Positions 50,600 to 63,088 of a DNA stretch of 64,000 nucleotides are shown here, piece by piece. A model generated the notes under the pieces. That model was not told the origin of the DNA. It saw only the letters and a program-made list of their open reading frames with translations, and made no database searches. Position 1 is the first letter of the stretch. Each line of letters begins with the position of its first letter. The DNA is taken from the NCBI GenBank assembly GCA_051362555.1, contig CM120645.1, positions 21,204,001 through 21,268,000 of the forward strand, written 5' to 3'. This DNA is from Lingula anatina (Eukaryota; Animalia; Brachiopoda). The translations under genes and the position numbers were made by a program.

Positions 50600-51645
50600 G
50601 ATGATCTTCGATATCTGAAAAAGTATTGACTTAACATGTATTCTTCGAGTTTATATGATTTGAAGGATAAAATTACACACAAAATAATTTTTGCTGCAAT
50701 TCAAATGTACCCTCCCCCCAAAAAAAATCCAACTAGGCCATTGGTGCTGATTTAATTGAAAATCTTTAAAAAATCAGAATAAGGAGATTACAACATATAA
50801 AAAAAAAAACGATCAATGTCACTGAATAAGGCCTAAGCAGACATTTTTTCAATCTGTAATGAAAGACACCAGTCTTTCTGGTATAAGAAACACAAATTCT
50901 TCACCTTTTGAACTGTTTCCTATTTTTAAAACGGCATCTATTATATCATCTTTATATGCAGACACTGTGTGGGTCTTTGAGTGGTTTGATCACTGTGTCT
51001 GTCCGTGTTATTGCTGTCGCCATCCGAAACATCAGTCCCCGTAACTGCCAAACCATATTTTTGCTTTTCTTACATTGAGTGGCTTTGTTTGGTTAAAAGG
51101 GTTGCTCGCGAAAATCAGCATGATCGGATTGTACTTACAAACGTCACTGATTTTTAACGTGTAACCCATAAGTGCCAAACCGTATTTTTTTTCATTTTTC
51201 TTCAAATTTGCTGAGTGGCTTTGAAGTTTAATGAGGCATGTTCCTTCCGAAAATCAACACGTATGGTTTATGAAAGTAATGCAATTTTATGTTATGTTAT
51301 ATTATCTTATGTTATGCTATGTTGTGTTATTTATTTGTTTGTAAATAATATAACAATGTGATTTTCTGTTTCGTGTCCGTGTATTTGTCAGCTTTGCTGC
51401 CTAATCTTTTATTTCTTTTGGCAAATAGTTAATAGCCTTTTTAAAATCGTTCTAAGATACATTAAAATCAGGCGGAACAATAGGCCTACGGTACTGTTGA
51501 ATATATGCAGGATTGATTCTTTAAATAATGTTAAAGAAACGATCTTACCTTAGCAAATCAAGATGGCCTAGAGAGCGGTAAATCGTATTGGCAGATCCTA
51601 CAGTCGCAGAGAACCACAGTATGTGGAATGGTTTCCGTCCACCAA

Positions 51646-51777
51646 CTTTATACTGTAAAAGTCGTGACTTTCTCAAACTTATCTGATCAGGAGAGCAGTG
51701 CCACTCCACGATTCCTTTGTTATATTTCCAGAAAAATGGGACTTGCCTCTTTCACAGAAGCAGGTCAAACTGATAAG
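51646..51777 (-). promoter_or_regulatory. Putative core promoter of the peptide/EF-hand paralogue 1
   Basis: TATAAAG at 51646-51652 (minus) about 100 nt upstream of donor AAG|GTAAGA at 51547-51548; GATA motifs at 51678-51684 and 51771-51777; one-mismatch kB-like GGGACTTGCC at 51738-51747. Confidence 0.5.
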
Positions 51778-52413
51778 ACTATTGATTGCTGGGAATCATA
51801 AATTCTCTGAATAATACGGACAACTGAATTTCGAATAAACTGTGTAGAGCATTATCAAGGTCATATGGTAGACACGATGCGCCAGTGTTATTTTCCATTT
51901 TAGATTTATTTTGATGACCAGGCAATTGACGACTGGGGAAGTAGGAGGACATCAGAAAACGTGACTCCGTTGCGTTTTAATTTTTAACAGATGTTTATAG
52001 CAATGAGAATACAAATGTATTAGGTCTTTGTCGTCGAAATTCTGGTATCAGCGAAGTAATACAATTTGATATATCATAAATAATTGAGAGTGACACTGTT
52101 TAAAATTAACCAGTACAAAATAAGATTTTCATTAGTTATTCTTATTCTCTACTTTAAACTACTTCGCTACTGTCCAGCGAGAATTTTTACATGGAATCTA
52201 TGAATACTGAGTACTGGATGGCATTAATGACATCTTTTTTAAAAGTGTCATCATGAGTCATGAAATCCATGTGAGACTCGTAAGGGGTCGAACTTCTGTT
52301 CCGAAAACGGACACTGACCACAAGACCATCAAGTCAGTGTCTAGAAGCGGATGGGATTAAAAGAGGAGGTATAAGAGAAATGCAGGGGGTGGTATCCGCC
52401 TTAAAATTGACCC

Positions 52414-54000
52414 ATCTTATGTAAGAAAACTAATTTTTTACCCCAACAACCGAGATAAAATAAGTTTTAGTACAGTTAACAGTGAATATTATGTTACATA
52501 CATTTCATGCATAAATACAGTTATTTTATACCTGATCTATTTTGAAGATATCGGCGACACTGAGAAGATAAAAGATTACCGTGAATGCAATATTCCTAGA
52601 ATAAAAACAACTGTTACATTTGCATTTTGACTCACCTTGTGGGGAGTATTGTCAAGGTAATGGGGGAATCCGCTGCTCGACTTCGATGGGCCTTTAGTTC
52701 AGTTCAGTTTAGTTTAGTTTTGTTTTGTTACCCCCGCCAGGGAAATTTAGGTATTCATCTCCGTTTGTCACTTTTCTTCTTTTTTGTGGTCTTTTCTTTG
52801 TCACCAGCCTAACTGTAAAAGTTACGGATGAATTTAGATGAATGTTTCAGAATAGGTATTAAATGGGCTAGCGTAAAAGGAGCACGGGCATTTATAAGTA
52901 ATACACGAAAAGAATTTACTGTTAAATATAGACTCAATGGGTTGGAAAAATTGCTCTGTTTTGTCTTCGGGGTTAGTAGGCGAAATTTCCATTTGTGATC
53001 TCGAGCTGCGGATTTGTGATTTGTGAAGGACTGGTTCGGCGTCCAACCCCCCCCCCCCCCCCCCCCCCCCCCAATCTTCAATTGCCTGAAGACCCAGAAG
53101 ACGGCCTCAATCCGCCCCTGCATCTTATATAAGAGAACTATCTTTTACCCCAACAACCGAGACAAAAAGGTTTTAGTGACAGTTGACGGTGAATATTATA
53201 TAACATATATTTCATCCAAAAATGCGTTTATTTTATACCTGATCTATTTTGAAGACATCGGCGACACTGAGAAGATAAAAGATTACCGTGAATGCAATAT
53301 TTCTAGAATAAAAACAACTGTTACATTTGTATTTTGTCTCACCTTGTGAGGAGTATTGCCAAGGTCATAGGGAAATCCGCTGCTCGACTTCGATGCGCTT
53401 TCAGTTTAGTTTAGTTAAGTTACGTTACCCCCGCCCTTGGACATAATAACGGAATTTTGTCCATGCCCCGCCATGGAGTTTAGGTATTCACCTCCGTTAT
53501 TCCATTTTTTTCTTCTGTTTTTTTTTTATTTTGTTTGTCACCCGCTTAACTCTAAAAGTTAGGGATATATTTTTTTCAAAGTTTCAGGATAGGTTTTAAA
53601 TAGGCCAACTTAAAAGGAGCACAGGATTTTGAAAGTGATAAACGAAAACAATTTTACTGTTATATGTAGACTCACTGGGTTGAAATATAGCTTTGTTTCA
53701 GTGAATATAGTGTATAATAAATTTCATGCATAGATACGTTTATTTCATACCTGATCTACTTTGAAGACATCGGCGACACTGAGAAGATAAAAGATTACCG
53801 TGAATTCAATATTCTTAGAATAAAAACAACTTTTATATTTGTATTTTGTCTCACCTTGTGAGGGGCATTACCAAGGCCATGGGGGAATCCGCTGCTCGAC
53901 TTCGATGTGCTTTTAGTTTAGTTTGTTAGGTGGGTAGGCCTGTTATTGGCGAAATTCCCGTTTGCAATCTTTAGCTATGGATTTGTGATCGCGAACGAGT
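52414..54000. repeat. Three diverged tandem copies of a composite repeat unit (transposon-derived)
   Basis: GAAGA[TC]ATCGGCGACACTGAGAAGATAAAAGATTACCGTGAAT...GAATCCGCTGCTCGACTTCGATG occurs near 52543, 53251 and 53763, interleaved with a second module that recurs at about 63225-63480. Confidence 0.85.
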
Positions 54001-54613
54001 TAAACTTTGATTTTTATGGTACAAACAATTTTTATTAGAATGGAAAATTACTACTACGAGAAAAGGTGTCCCCAAAGATACCCCTGAAAGAGGGGTGGGG
54101 GGGGGGCACAGAAAATTGTGCGTCCTGGATTCGCTACTGATTTTAAATGTGTCTAGATGATGTTAAGAATCACTTTAAAAAGCCCAATTGCAAGTGCTTT
54201 AATCTTACATCACTGAAAGTGGGCCATATTTACCGTTTTGTACAAATCATCCTGTCCCTTTTGGAGCCTCAATTCAAAGCACGTGTTCAGCCAAGAAATA
54301 GTCTGCGCTATATTTCAGTTCAGTAAAAACATAGGAGAAAAAAAGATATTTGTAACGTAGTATTTTTTTTAGTGAATACTTCCGCATGTTCATGTAAACT
54401 AAGGTTAATATTATTCTCTATACTTGTCTCCTTAAAAATTCGATGAAAGGGATGTCAGGCTATTTGAAATGTGAGGTCGTTTTCGATGATATGTGTGAGA
54501 TGGAATCTTCCTAAGTGAAATCTTATCCCAAAACTAAGTCTCAAATTCCTATATACAGAGCGTTGATTTATCACTCATTCTTGTGTTAGTGGTACACATC
54601 GAAATCATTTATA

Positions 54614-54833
54614 CACACACTGGACAATAGAAGTGTCACCCCTACTGAACCAATACTTTGGGGGAGATAAATGACTGCTCCTGGCATCATTTTATTAATT
54701 TTCACAAAAAGACCAAAAATACAATTCCATGGTACAGCGGTTTTATACTCATTAGTCACATTATAAGTAGACCAGGCATTATAACTTTGATTACTCTGAT
54801 TCAAGGGGTGACACTTCTGTTGTCCAGTGTGTG
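54614..54833. mobile_element. Tc1/mariner-type MITE (TA TSD)
   Basis: TA-CACACACTGGACAATAGAAGTGTCACCCC...GGGGTGACACTTCTGTTGTCCAGTGTGTG-TA. Confidence 0.85.
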
Positions 54834-54936
54834 TAAGTTGCTTTATTGGCGTATAGTAAAATCACTTCAACAAAAGTTTGGCTCACTTCATCTTCAACGT
54901 CTGACCCCAACCCAGAACCGACCACAGAGAGAGATG

Positions 54937-54970
<34 letters not shown>

Positions 54971-56079
54971 GGAGGAGGGGGGGGGAGAAAAAAAGAGGGA
55001 GGGAAAGAAGAGAGAGAGAGATGAGGAGAGAGAGAGTGATAGAGTGAGCAGTCATCATAAACGAAAGATATAATGGTTTTCAATTCTTTAAGCAATGATA
55101 ATATCAAATTATTTAAGAAAAATAAACTGAAATTCATGATGAACTATCGGGATGTCGCTGCATGAAATGTAAGATTGGAAGGCATTCAAGGAGCTCAGAG
55201 CAAATGTTATGCATTGACAAAAATCGTTTAATCTCTTTTTATACATACACAATGTACGTTTCTGGTTAACAACATACCAGCATTTGTCTTCTAAGCGGCT
55301 TGTGGCCATCCGTGAAAGAAGCCCTAGTTAATTTGTTGTCATAAACTAAGAGTGAAAAGGGGAAAGTGCACGCACCGGGATGCCGTATTGAAAAGCAATA
55401 CAAAAGTTACTTGCAAAACATAGAACTTTTAAATTACTGTTGTGCAAAAGACTGAAGCGAAGTCGAATTTAAGAATATACCCATAGATGCCCTCTCTCCT
55501 TCAAACTCAGTTTTATTTGACGCCAAGTCGCCCGACTTTGGGCTTTCTCTGGTAATTGTCATTGTCGAATAATATGAAAACATAAAAGTATCTGTGTTAA
55601 ATTTTTATTCATTAAGAAATGTAAACATTTTTTTGCTTTGTTTCTGATATATGTGCAAAGTACGGTGACTTGTAGGCCAATGAAGCCGGGTGATTTGTAT
55701 ATCTATATCACATGTCACGTTAATAAATAAATACTATACATACGTTTTTATCAACCCATAAAAAGATAAAAATTAAGTCTGATCCATCATACCTTTTCCA
55801 GATACACAAAAAACGCATGAATCTCTCATTTATCAGATCATTTGACGTTATTTTATCGCTTCGGACATTGAAATTGCTGTAAGCCAGTTCTTTCTGAATT
55901 TAGAAATTAATTAGTTGATTTTTTTAAATTTTGGGTCATGCATTGTATAAAATGGATAAAAACAGTGAAATGACAGCAATGGGGTCAAAATAGAGTCAAA
56001 TTGATCGCTAACTGCATTTAGCCCAGTGTCAAGTTGTCATTCTTTTTGCCAGCTTTACTTTATACAGCCACTTCTCTTA

Positions 56080-56305
56080 GGGTGCTTTCCCAGAGATTTA
56101 GATCGATCTAAAGATTAAGATTTAGATCGACCTAACTCCCTGGGGGTTCACGCTAAGTTGCAGTCAGCCGAGCGGGCACCATAGTTAATTACCCCCTTAC
56201 AGCTTTTAGTAGGCGGGACAGACGCTTAAGCCGGCCAAGCTGACAGTAATCTTGTGAGACTTCCCACAGGGATAGATCGATCTAAAAATCTATGGAAATG
56301 GGGTG
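56080..56305. mobile_element. MITE family C copy
   Basis: TTA flanks at 56077-56079 and 56306-56308; collinear with 20850-21064. Confidence 0.82.
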
Positions 56306-56846
56306 TTATATCCACGCGTATACAAACAATCGTTTTTATGGCATTAACATCCGCGTTACTGGCACACACCAAAGTTCAAATTGCAGCCCCACTCCACGTC
56401 ACGCATATGAACTTGCGTTTCTATGATTAATTTCAATATTCACTTCTTTATCAACGGTCACTGATTCTCAATATATATATATGTCTATTGACCATTTAAA
56501 AATATTAAAAGTACGAGGGCGAAAGGTTTGTTTGTCCAAGTGGAACTTAAACTACAGTACATCAGTCTAGCAACTTAAAGTCACTGAAAAACTTATCACT
56601 AAATTTATCTGTTCTGACAAAAAACAAACAAACAAAAATGGACAAAATATAAAACCTTTGTTACTGTCGCTCTCAGCACCATCTCACATACTCCAATCCT
56701 TCTATTTTATTTTCTTCTGCAGTAGAAAATATGCAACTTTGCAGGAAGCGAGTATGAAGTCTATAGTCTCAGAAGTGATGCTCAAATATTTTTCGCTTTG
56801 GATTTTAACGGCTTCATACACGTAACTTAAATTGCCTACCAGTAGG

Positions 56847-57205
56847 CCTACACTGCAAAGTGGATAGTTAAAAAAGAAACAAAAGAAACAAGCAAAATAG
56901 TAGAGAGAAAAAAAGAGAACACCGATGGTAACCAATGCATCACACGTCGACTCCTTCGGCAATGTTTCAGCTCCGTCAACCCTTTCTTTTTCATTGATAG
57001 GGCTTCTGAACGTTGCCTGTTCCTCAAATAAAATTTTATCCCCACAAGAAGAAATCAAATTTTTATTCCTACGCTGCAAACTGGATAGTTATAAAAAAGA
57101 AATAAAAGAAACAAGCAAAAGAGTAGAGAGAAAAAAAGCTAAGTGAGAACACTGTACATAGTCATCCACTACATCACACGCCGACTCCTTCGGCAATGTT
57201 TCAGC
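56847..57205 (+). repeat. Direct duplication of about 130 bp
   Basis: CCTAC[AG]CTGCAAA.TGGATAGTTA...CGACTCCTTCGGCAATGTTTCAGC at about 56847-56971 and 57068-57205. Confidence 0.8.
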
Positions 57206-59345
57206 AATGTTAAACCAGTGGTATGCATTTCTTCTTTGCTGTTTTTATGTTTAAGCCTGTACTTCAAATAAAATGATTTGCTTCCTTAGTTTTTTAAATA
57301 TTGTTTTGAGTATTATCAAATAATAATACAGCATAAAGATTTACATTTAAACTGCTTGGCTTGTATTGTTTTTTTTTTTAATTTCAGTTATGCTGCTGGG
57401 AGAATATTTTTGTACAGAATTTGCTTTTAGAGAATCTAAAAAAATTAAAATAAAAGTTTAAACAAATAGAACATGACAAAGACATCTCTTGTTATGTAAA
57501 ATATGACTGAATTTTTTTCTCACTTTAATTGCTTTTTTATGATTCATTTCAGTTTAACAAGTGTGGCAAGAGGCAAAGTAAAGAAATTTCGTTCCAAGGT
57601 CTTTCACTGCCAGGTCAATCAATTGCCTCTACATCAAGTCTGATTGCACTGGAGACCCAACCTTCTGGGAATGTCACTCCGCCAATCACACGAGGCACAG
57701 GTTTCTGCTTTAAGAGTACCATACTATACTCAGCATTATGGGAATAGATGGGAGAGGATGAGGGGAACCGCATATTCAAAAAACTTAATCAGTATGTATT
57801 TGCAAGAAGTGCAACGGAGAGTATAAGACACCAGCACAATCTGGTAGACTGGTACTGTTGTGAGACAGACACTGCATCTTTTAGGGACATACATGTACAT
57901 CAATATGTATACGGCATGATATTGACATTGATCATATTTATCTTATGGCCTCAAAGTTTTTTTAAAGTGCCTGAATGGCATGATAAATATTGTCAGTAAG
58001 AAAATAAAAATATTTTATGTACAGCAGCTTGACATCTCTTGTATGTATTAACCAGAAGTTTTAACTGCCAAACTTGTGTGTGATTTGAGGGTGATTGGTC
58101 AGTTAAAAGAGAAGAGCATCACCCAGGTACAATGTAGATCCATGACAGAGTTTTTGGTTTAAAGTCGCATGTGTCGAGATTTTGACGTGTTTCCTCGGTT
58201 ATCCTGAGTTCCTGAGTGCTCTTGTTTTTTTCCAGCAAAATCAAATACTAATTAAAAGACAAATAGTTTTTAGTTTTAAAAAAGTTAAAAATATTCCGAT
58301 ATTAATTGTCAAATCTCCTCTGTTATCATAGAGACTGATCGAATCTGAAAATCGTAATTTTTGCCCTAAGCATGTGAACTTTTTTTACTGGGTATGATTT
58401 ATTATTAGTTGTACGAGCATACATGTTAATCAATGTCTTTCATTATTGTTTTTATCTTCTTTTTTCTCACTTATTTTCTATTTTCAACTCTTATTTCCTT
58501 AATCTTAACCTTTCCTTTCTTTCTTTCTTTTCAATCTAAACCTTTTCTTTCTTTCTTTCTAGGTCTCTTTTTTACTTTCTTTCATATCCACTGTCTTAAT
58601 TTTCCTTTCTTACTGTCTTTATAAATGAATGGTCGGCGATGCCCAAATATTTTTACTTTTGCTTTTTGGATATAACTTTATTATCCTACTTTTAGGCCTA
58701 TACTGCAAAGTGGATTGTTAGAAAAGAAAACAAACAAACAAAATTTCAACACTAGCATGATTTAATTCAAAACAAAGGGCAGTTAGGTAAACGGAAGACA
58801 TACAGTGATGGAAAATGTCGTATTCAAAATGATTAAAAAACTGATACTTTGAATTTTTACAAAAGTTCTCGTGTACCGGCCAGTAAAGGCAGTTCTCTTG
58901 TACACTTTCAGGATTTCCTTTAGAATGGGTAACACGATATCAAGAGGAATACTTTTCATTGATTGGTTGCAAATGGTTTCGCCCGTGTTTTGGCATGCTG
59001 TGTTTGGCCCTGAAAATAAATAAATTAACTGTGTAATTCAAGTAAGATGTACCGTAGGCCAAAGTTTAGATGTAACTTTAACCTAATTGTTTTTTTTTTA
59101 GATTTAGACTCGTTTAGTTACGTGCATTATTGGGGCCTACATTTTTATCAAATCCATGATTAGAACAGACTACGTTTTCTTCAACATCTTACAGAGCAAC
59201 TGCTATATACCAGCGACGCATACATGTATATACAGTAGCTACAATTATGCATATCAATTAATGCTAGGAATCAAAAGGGTTACATTTGATTTTTCTGATA
59301 AAGAAAGCGCGCTGTCTTGACATTAATTACGTCTATAATCACCTT

Positions 59346-62097
59346 TCAAGCTTTATTGTTGAGCAGATCTTGAAGCTCAGCGATCTCTTCCTCGGTCATT
59401 CCAGCCAACTCATTGTCCAGTTGGTCACTTTCAGCGTCCCCGTCGAAGAAATCCCGATTGAGCCGAGCTGAAATGGGAATCGTTGAAATGGAAGTATATT
59501 TATGTAAGTGAAGGCATATGTTTTCATATTTTACAAATCTAAGTCCACGAAAATCACTGTGATGAAATTAAAGTGAAGAAGATGTGTTTTTTTTTGCTAA
59601 ATCAAGGGAATTCGGCTTGTCTGGGATTGTTCCCGTTTTCTGAGCGTAGTGAGGTGGCGTAGAAAGGTCTAGGGTCTGTAACACATCAGGGAAATAATAG
59701 AAACAATGGCGCATCCGAGGTTCGTGGTCCACTAGCTTCAAAGGCACCTCTAATGTTTTTATAAGGAAATAAAAAGTGAATATGTTCTCCCTCTCATCTT
59801 GGATCAAGAAATTGCTCACTTATTATGTGAGAAGACCAACTGACTTTTATTAACATCTCTAAGCTCGATTGAAATTCTTTTACAAAATAGATTAATAAAT
59901 GAAAATAATAAATAGGAAAAACTCACCAGCTACGAGGTTAATCCTAGTTTGGAAATTATCCAACTCCTCCTGGTCCACGTATCCATCCTCTACAAAAAAT
60001 AAATTTCCAAATGATTTTTTACATCATTACCAGATAAAGTGTAAACAACTGTCGCATTGAAATTAATGAACCTTTTAGGTAAAATTTATGTGAGATGAAG
60101 CTGAATGATCATTTAAATTGATTCTCAGAGTTGTCAAATAATTGCAAAAACTTACACTACCAACCTGTCGAAAATCGGAGTTGAATTTTCTTAAACTTGT
60201 GTACTTCAAACATAACTTTAACCACGAACATCATTTACGTGTTAATGTAAATAATGATTCACTCTTGGGCAGAGGTTCATTTAGGTAGTTTTCAAAACCA
60301 AAGCAACGTATTTTGATACAAACGCAATAGATCTAAAAGGAAGACAAGATGGCAAATAGCAAAATAAATAAAGGAAAAAATAGGAAAGAGAGAAAAAAAG
60401 AGGTGAATAATGACGTTTTTTTTTTTGGATAACTACTTTACCGTTGGTGTCGAGTTCCTCCATCGCTTCGGGATCCTTCACGTCGTGCAGTGATATCTTG
60501 CCGTCGCCATCCAAATCATTCAACATAAACTTGTTTTCCTGAAACATACATTTTTACGAAAATTAGAACGCCAAAGAGGCTATTATCAATATATATATAC
60601 TATATATATATATATAATATATATACTTTGCCCATATCACTTTCTAAAGTGTACAAACGGTTTATTATAAATAGCTCCAGCGGAAACGTACAAATGGAGA
60701 TTGATGATTCATTGCATTAGGTGAGCTGCTCAGCAGATTGCGTTTTTATCTTCGGGAGGGGGTGGGTCTGTTACGTGTCCTCAAGCTTTGGAGCTACTAC
60801 CCCGCTTGCTTTCCAGGGCATGTATTACTAAACGAGACAAAACCAAGCAATTTCTCACCCCTGTGCCTTACATATTAAAACAAATTTATCATCGTGTTCT
60901 ACGTTGCTTTGCTCCACAAGAAAAACGAGAATAAAGGAAGCATTGTGTACCCAACACCCACTTCTAGCGCAGTCATTTTCATTGGAAGCAAACGGATTTT
61001 TAGACATTTTGTGAAGGAAAGGAGTTTGGAAGATTCAACCAAATATCTCCTGTTAAGACTTCCCCAAGAATCCCTACCCCCCGGCTTATTATAAAACCAT
61101 ACATGCTTATGAATACTTACATCCGCGTTTGCTTTGATCACCCCTTTGACCTCGTTGAAAACCTTGATGACTCTTTCTACCCTTTTCACCAACCTTTTTG
61201 TTCTGGAACATTCATGTATCTCAATTGTTGATATGTCTACATGGGGCAAATATACTACTCAAAAGAAATAAAGGAACACCCGCCATTTAAGATGCAAAAG
61301 TTTGAACCATGCATAGTGTTATATAGATTTAGCAATTCTAAGAAAAGTCATCATTCTGTGCTGGGTGACTATTTAACTTAAACCGTTTTGTAATTAAAAT
61401 AAACTTTGCACTCGTTAAAAGAAATAAGTATGATTACCTGTTGGGGTGAAAGGCGTAAAAATCGGATAAATTTATTCTCCCCCCCCCCAAATTCCTGGGG
61501 TTTAAACCCAGGTGAAAATTGGGACTTAAATGAATGAGTAGCATACTTTTGGCATTAGCATGATAAGATAAGAAGAAATGAACGTTTTAAGTCTTTTGTC
61601 TCATAATTACCTCCGCCAAGGAGGTTATGTTTTCCCCCCTGTTTGTCTGTCTGTCATCAACATAACTCAGAAAGTTATGGACCGATTTTGATGAAAATTT
61701 CGGGAACTGTCAGAAGTGGACTGAGGAACAGATGATTAGTTTTTGGTGGTGATCCAAATCAATAATCAATCAATAATCAAAAATATCGAAAATTTAGGGA
61801 TGAAACGGCATTGGATGGAGACTTGGCGGAGGTATGCGCTCTCTGAGTGCTTTTCTAGTTTGTAATGCTACGCCTTGTTTATTCAGATTTTGGTTGCTAG
61901 CTGTATCAAAATTAAATGTCAAGCAGTCTTCCTGTGCAAATGAATACTTTGTTTTTTTATTTTGTCATAAAATGTATCACGTTTTACCTTTCCCAGACTC
62001 TCCGAAGTCGGATTCGAATTCGCCATCCACCTTCTCCATCCTGTGGCAGCAGGACCACGAACAACATCATAGCCAAAAGACAAAATGCCAACTTCAT
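59346..62097 (-). CDS. Secreted precursor: signal peptide + cationic amphipathic peptide + acidic double EF-hand domain, paralogue 2, 157 aa
   Basis: Exons 62097-61988 (MKLAFCLLAMMLFVVLLPQDGEG-GWRIRIRLRRVWE), 61202-61121 (R-TKRLVKRVERVIKVFNEVKGVIKANAD), 60538-60442 (ENKFMLNDLDGDGKISLHDVKDPEAMEELDTN), 59989-59927 (EDGYVDQEELDNFQTRINLVA), 59467-59346 (ARLNRDFFDGDAESDQLDNELAGMTEEEIAELQDLLNNKA*); same intron positions and phases as paralogue 1; 474 nt; 3' UTR exon from 59009. Confidence 0.85.
61606..61860 (+). mobile_element. Non-autonomous Helentron/HINE-like element in an intron of paralogue 2
   Basis: Subterminal inverted repeats ACCTCCGCCAAG (61609-61620) and CTTGGCGGAGGT (61822-61833), GTCT microsatellite seed, 3' hairpin GCGCTCTCTGAGTGC and T-rich CTAGT end. 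Confidence 0.75.
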
Positions 62098-62931
62098 GGT
62101 GACTTGTGATATCTTAAAGAAAAGCATTTATTAAAAGCGCATTTAGAGGGTTTTAATGAGATAAAACTTCATGCAGAATAAATCTAGCTGCAATTCAGAT
62201 TAAAAAAAAAAGAATAGAGAAAAACAAAAACACAAAAACTTCCATCCAGTCCATTTGTCCTGGTTTTGATTGAAAATCCCTTAAAAATGAGGGCAAGGCG
62301 GACAACAACATAAGTACTTTCAAAACAGTCAATGTCACTGGGTAAACCCTTTTCATACCGGATGGAGCACCTATCTATTAGCGTATTTTTATTATACATT
62401 ATTTGTGCATAGAATTTCATGAATTTGTCACATTTTACCAGCTTTCAGGAGGTATATTTGCAGCTTTGGTATCGTTTATGGTCTTTATTCAAGAAACAAA
62501 ATAGTGCTGTGTCGTAAATGACCACTCCAGATTTCCGATATTTAAAAGTGTAGCCCATATTGTACATGGTATTTTATTCCTTTAATTCCACTCAAATTAC
62601 TAATTAGATTAAGCTATGGCGAACAAATACAGAACAATGAAATATTTGGAGAAAAGAAAGATCCGAAATATCTCAGAAGGGAAGAATTCTACTGATGAGA
62701 GTGATTTGGGTGCAACAGACCGAAGAAGAGGGTCACGTATTCGAAGTGCATGTGCTCATCGTGCACTTGTGACAGAGAGAGCAAGTGCTTATGATACAGT
62801 GGTTGAACATCAAGAATGGCAGCAACATTTTGCAACCAGATGGTGTGAGGTTTGTTAAATAAGACTTCAGAGGTCATGGCAAGGGTTCTTGAAGAGGTTG
62901 GTTAAGGGTGCGAGGCAGAGGAAGTGTACAA

Positions 62932-63088
62932 GGGGCCGTAGCGATAGTCCGAAGGTTCAATAGTCCGAAGGTTCATTGGTCCGAATGTTCACTATAGAAC
63001 CTTCGGACCAATGAACCCTTGATTAAAAAATCGATAAAAATGTTACCACTTTTCGGACCAATGAACCTTCGGACTATCGAGACGCCCC
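62932..63088. mobile_element. Foldback-type MITE built from 15-bp subrepeats
   Basis: CGATAGTCCGAAGGTTCA tandem units at the left end and TGAACCTTCGGACTATCG at the right end. Confidence 0.75.

Noticed and set aside
62616-62858. 80-aa plus-strand ORF; also a Tc1-like terminus near 61252-61280
   Set aside because: No recognisable domain or splice support; may be degraded transposon sequence but cannot be assigned.
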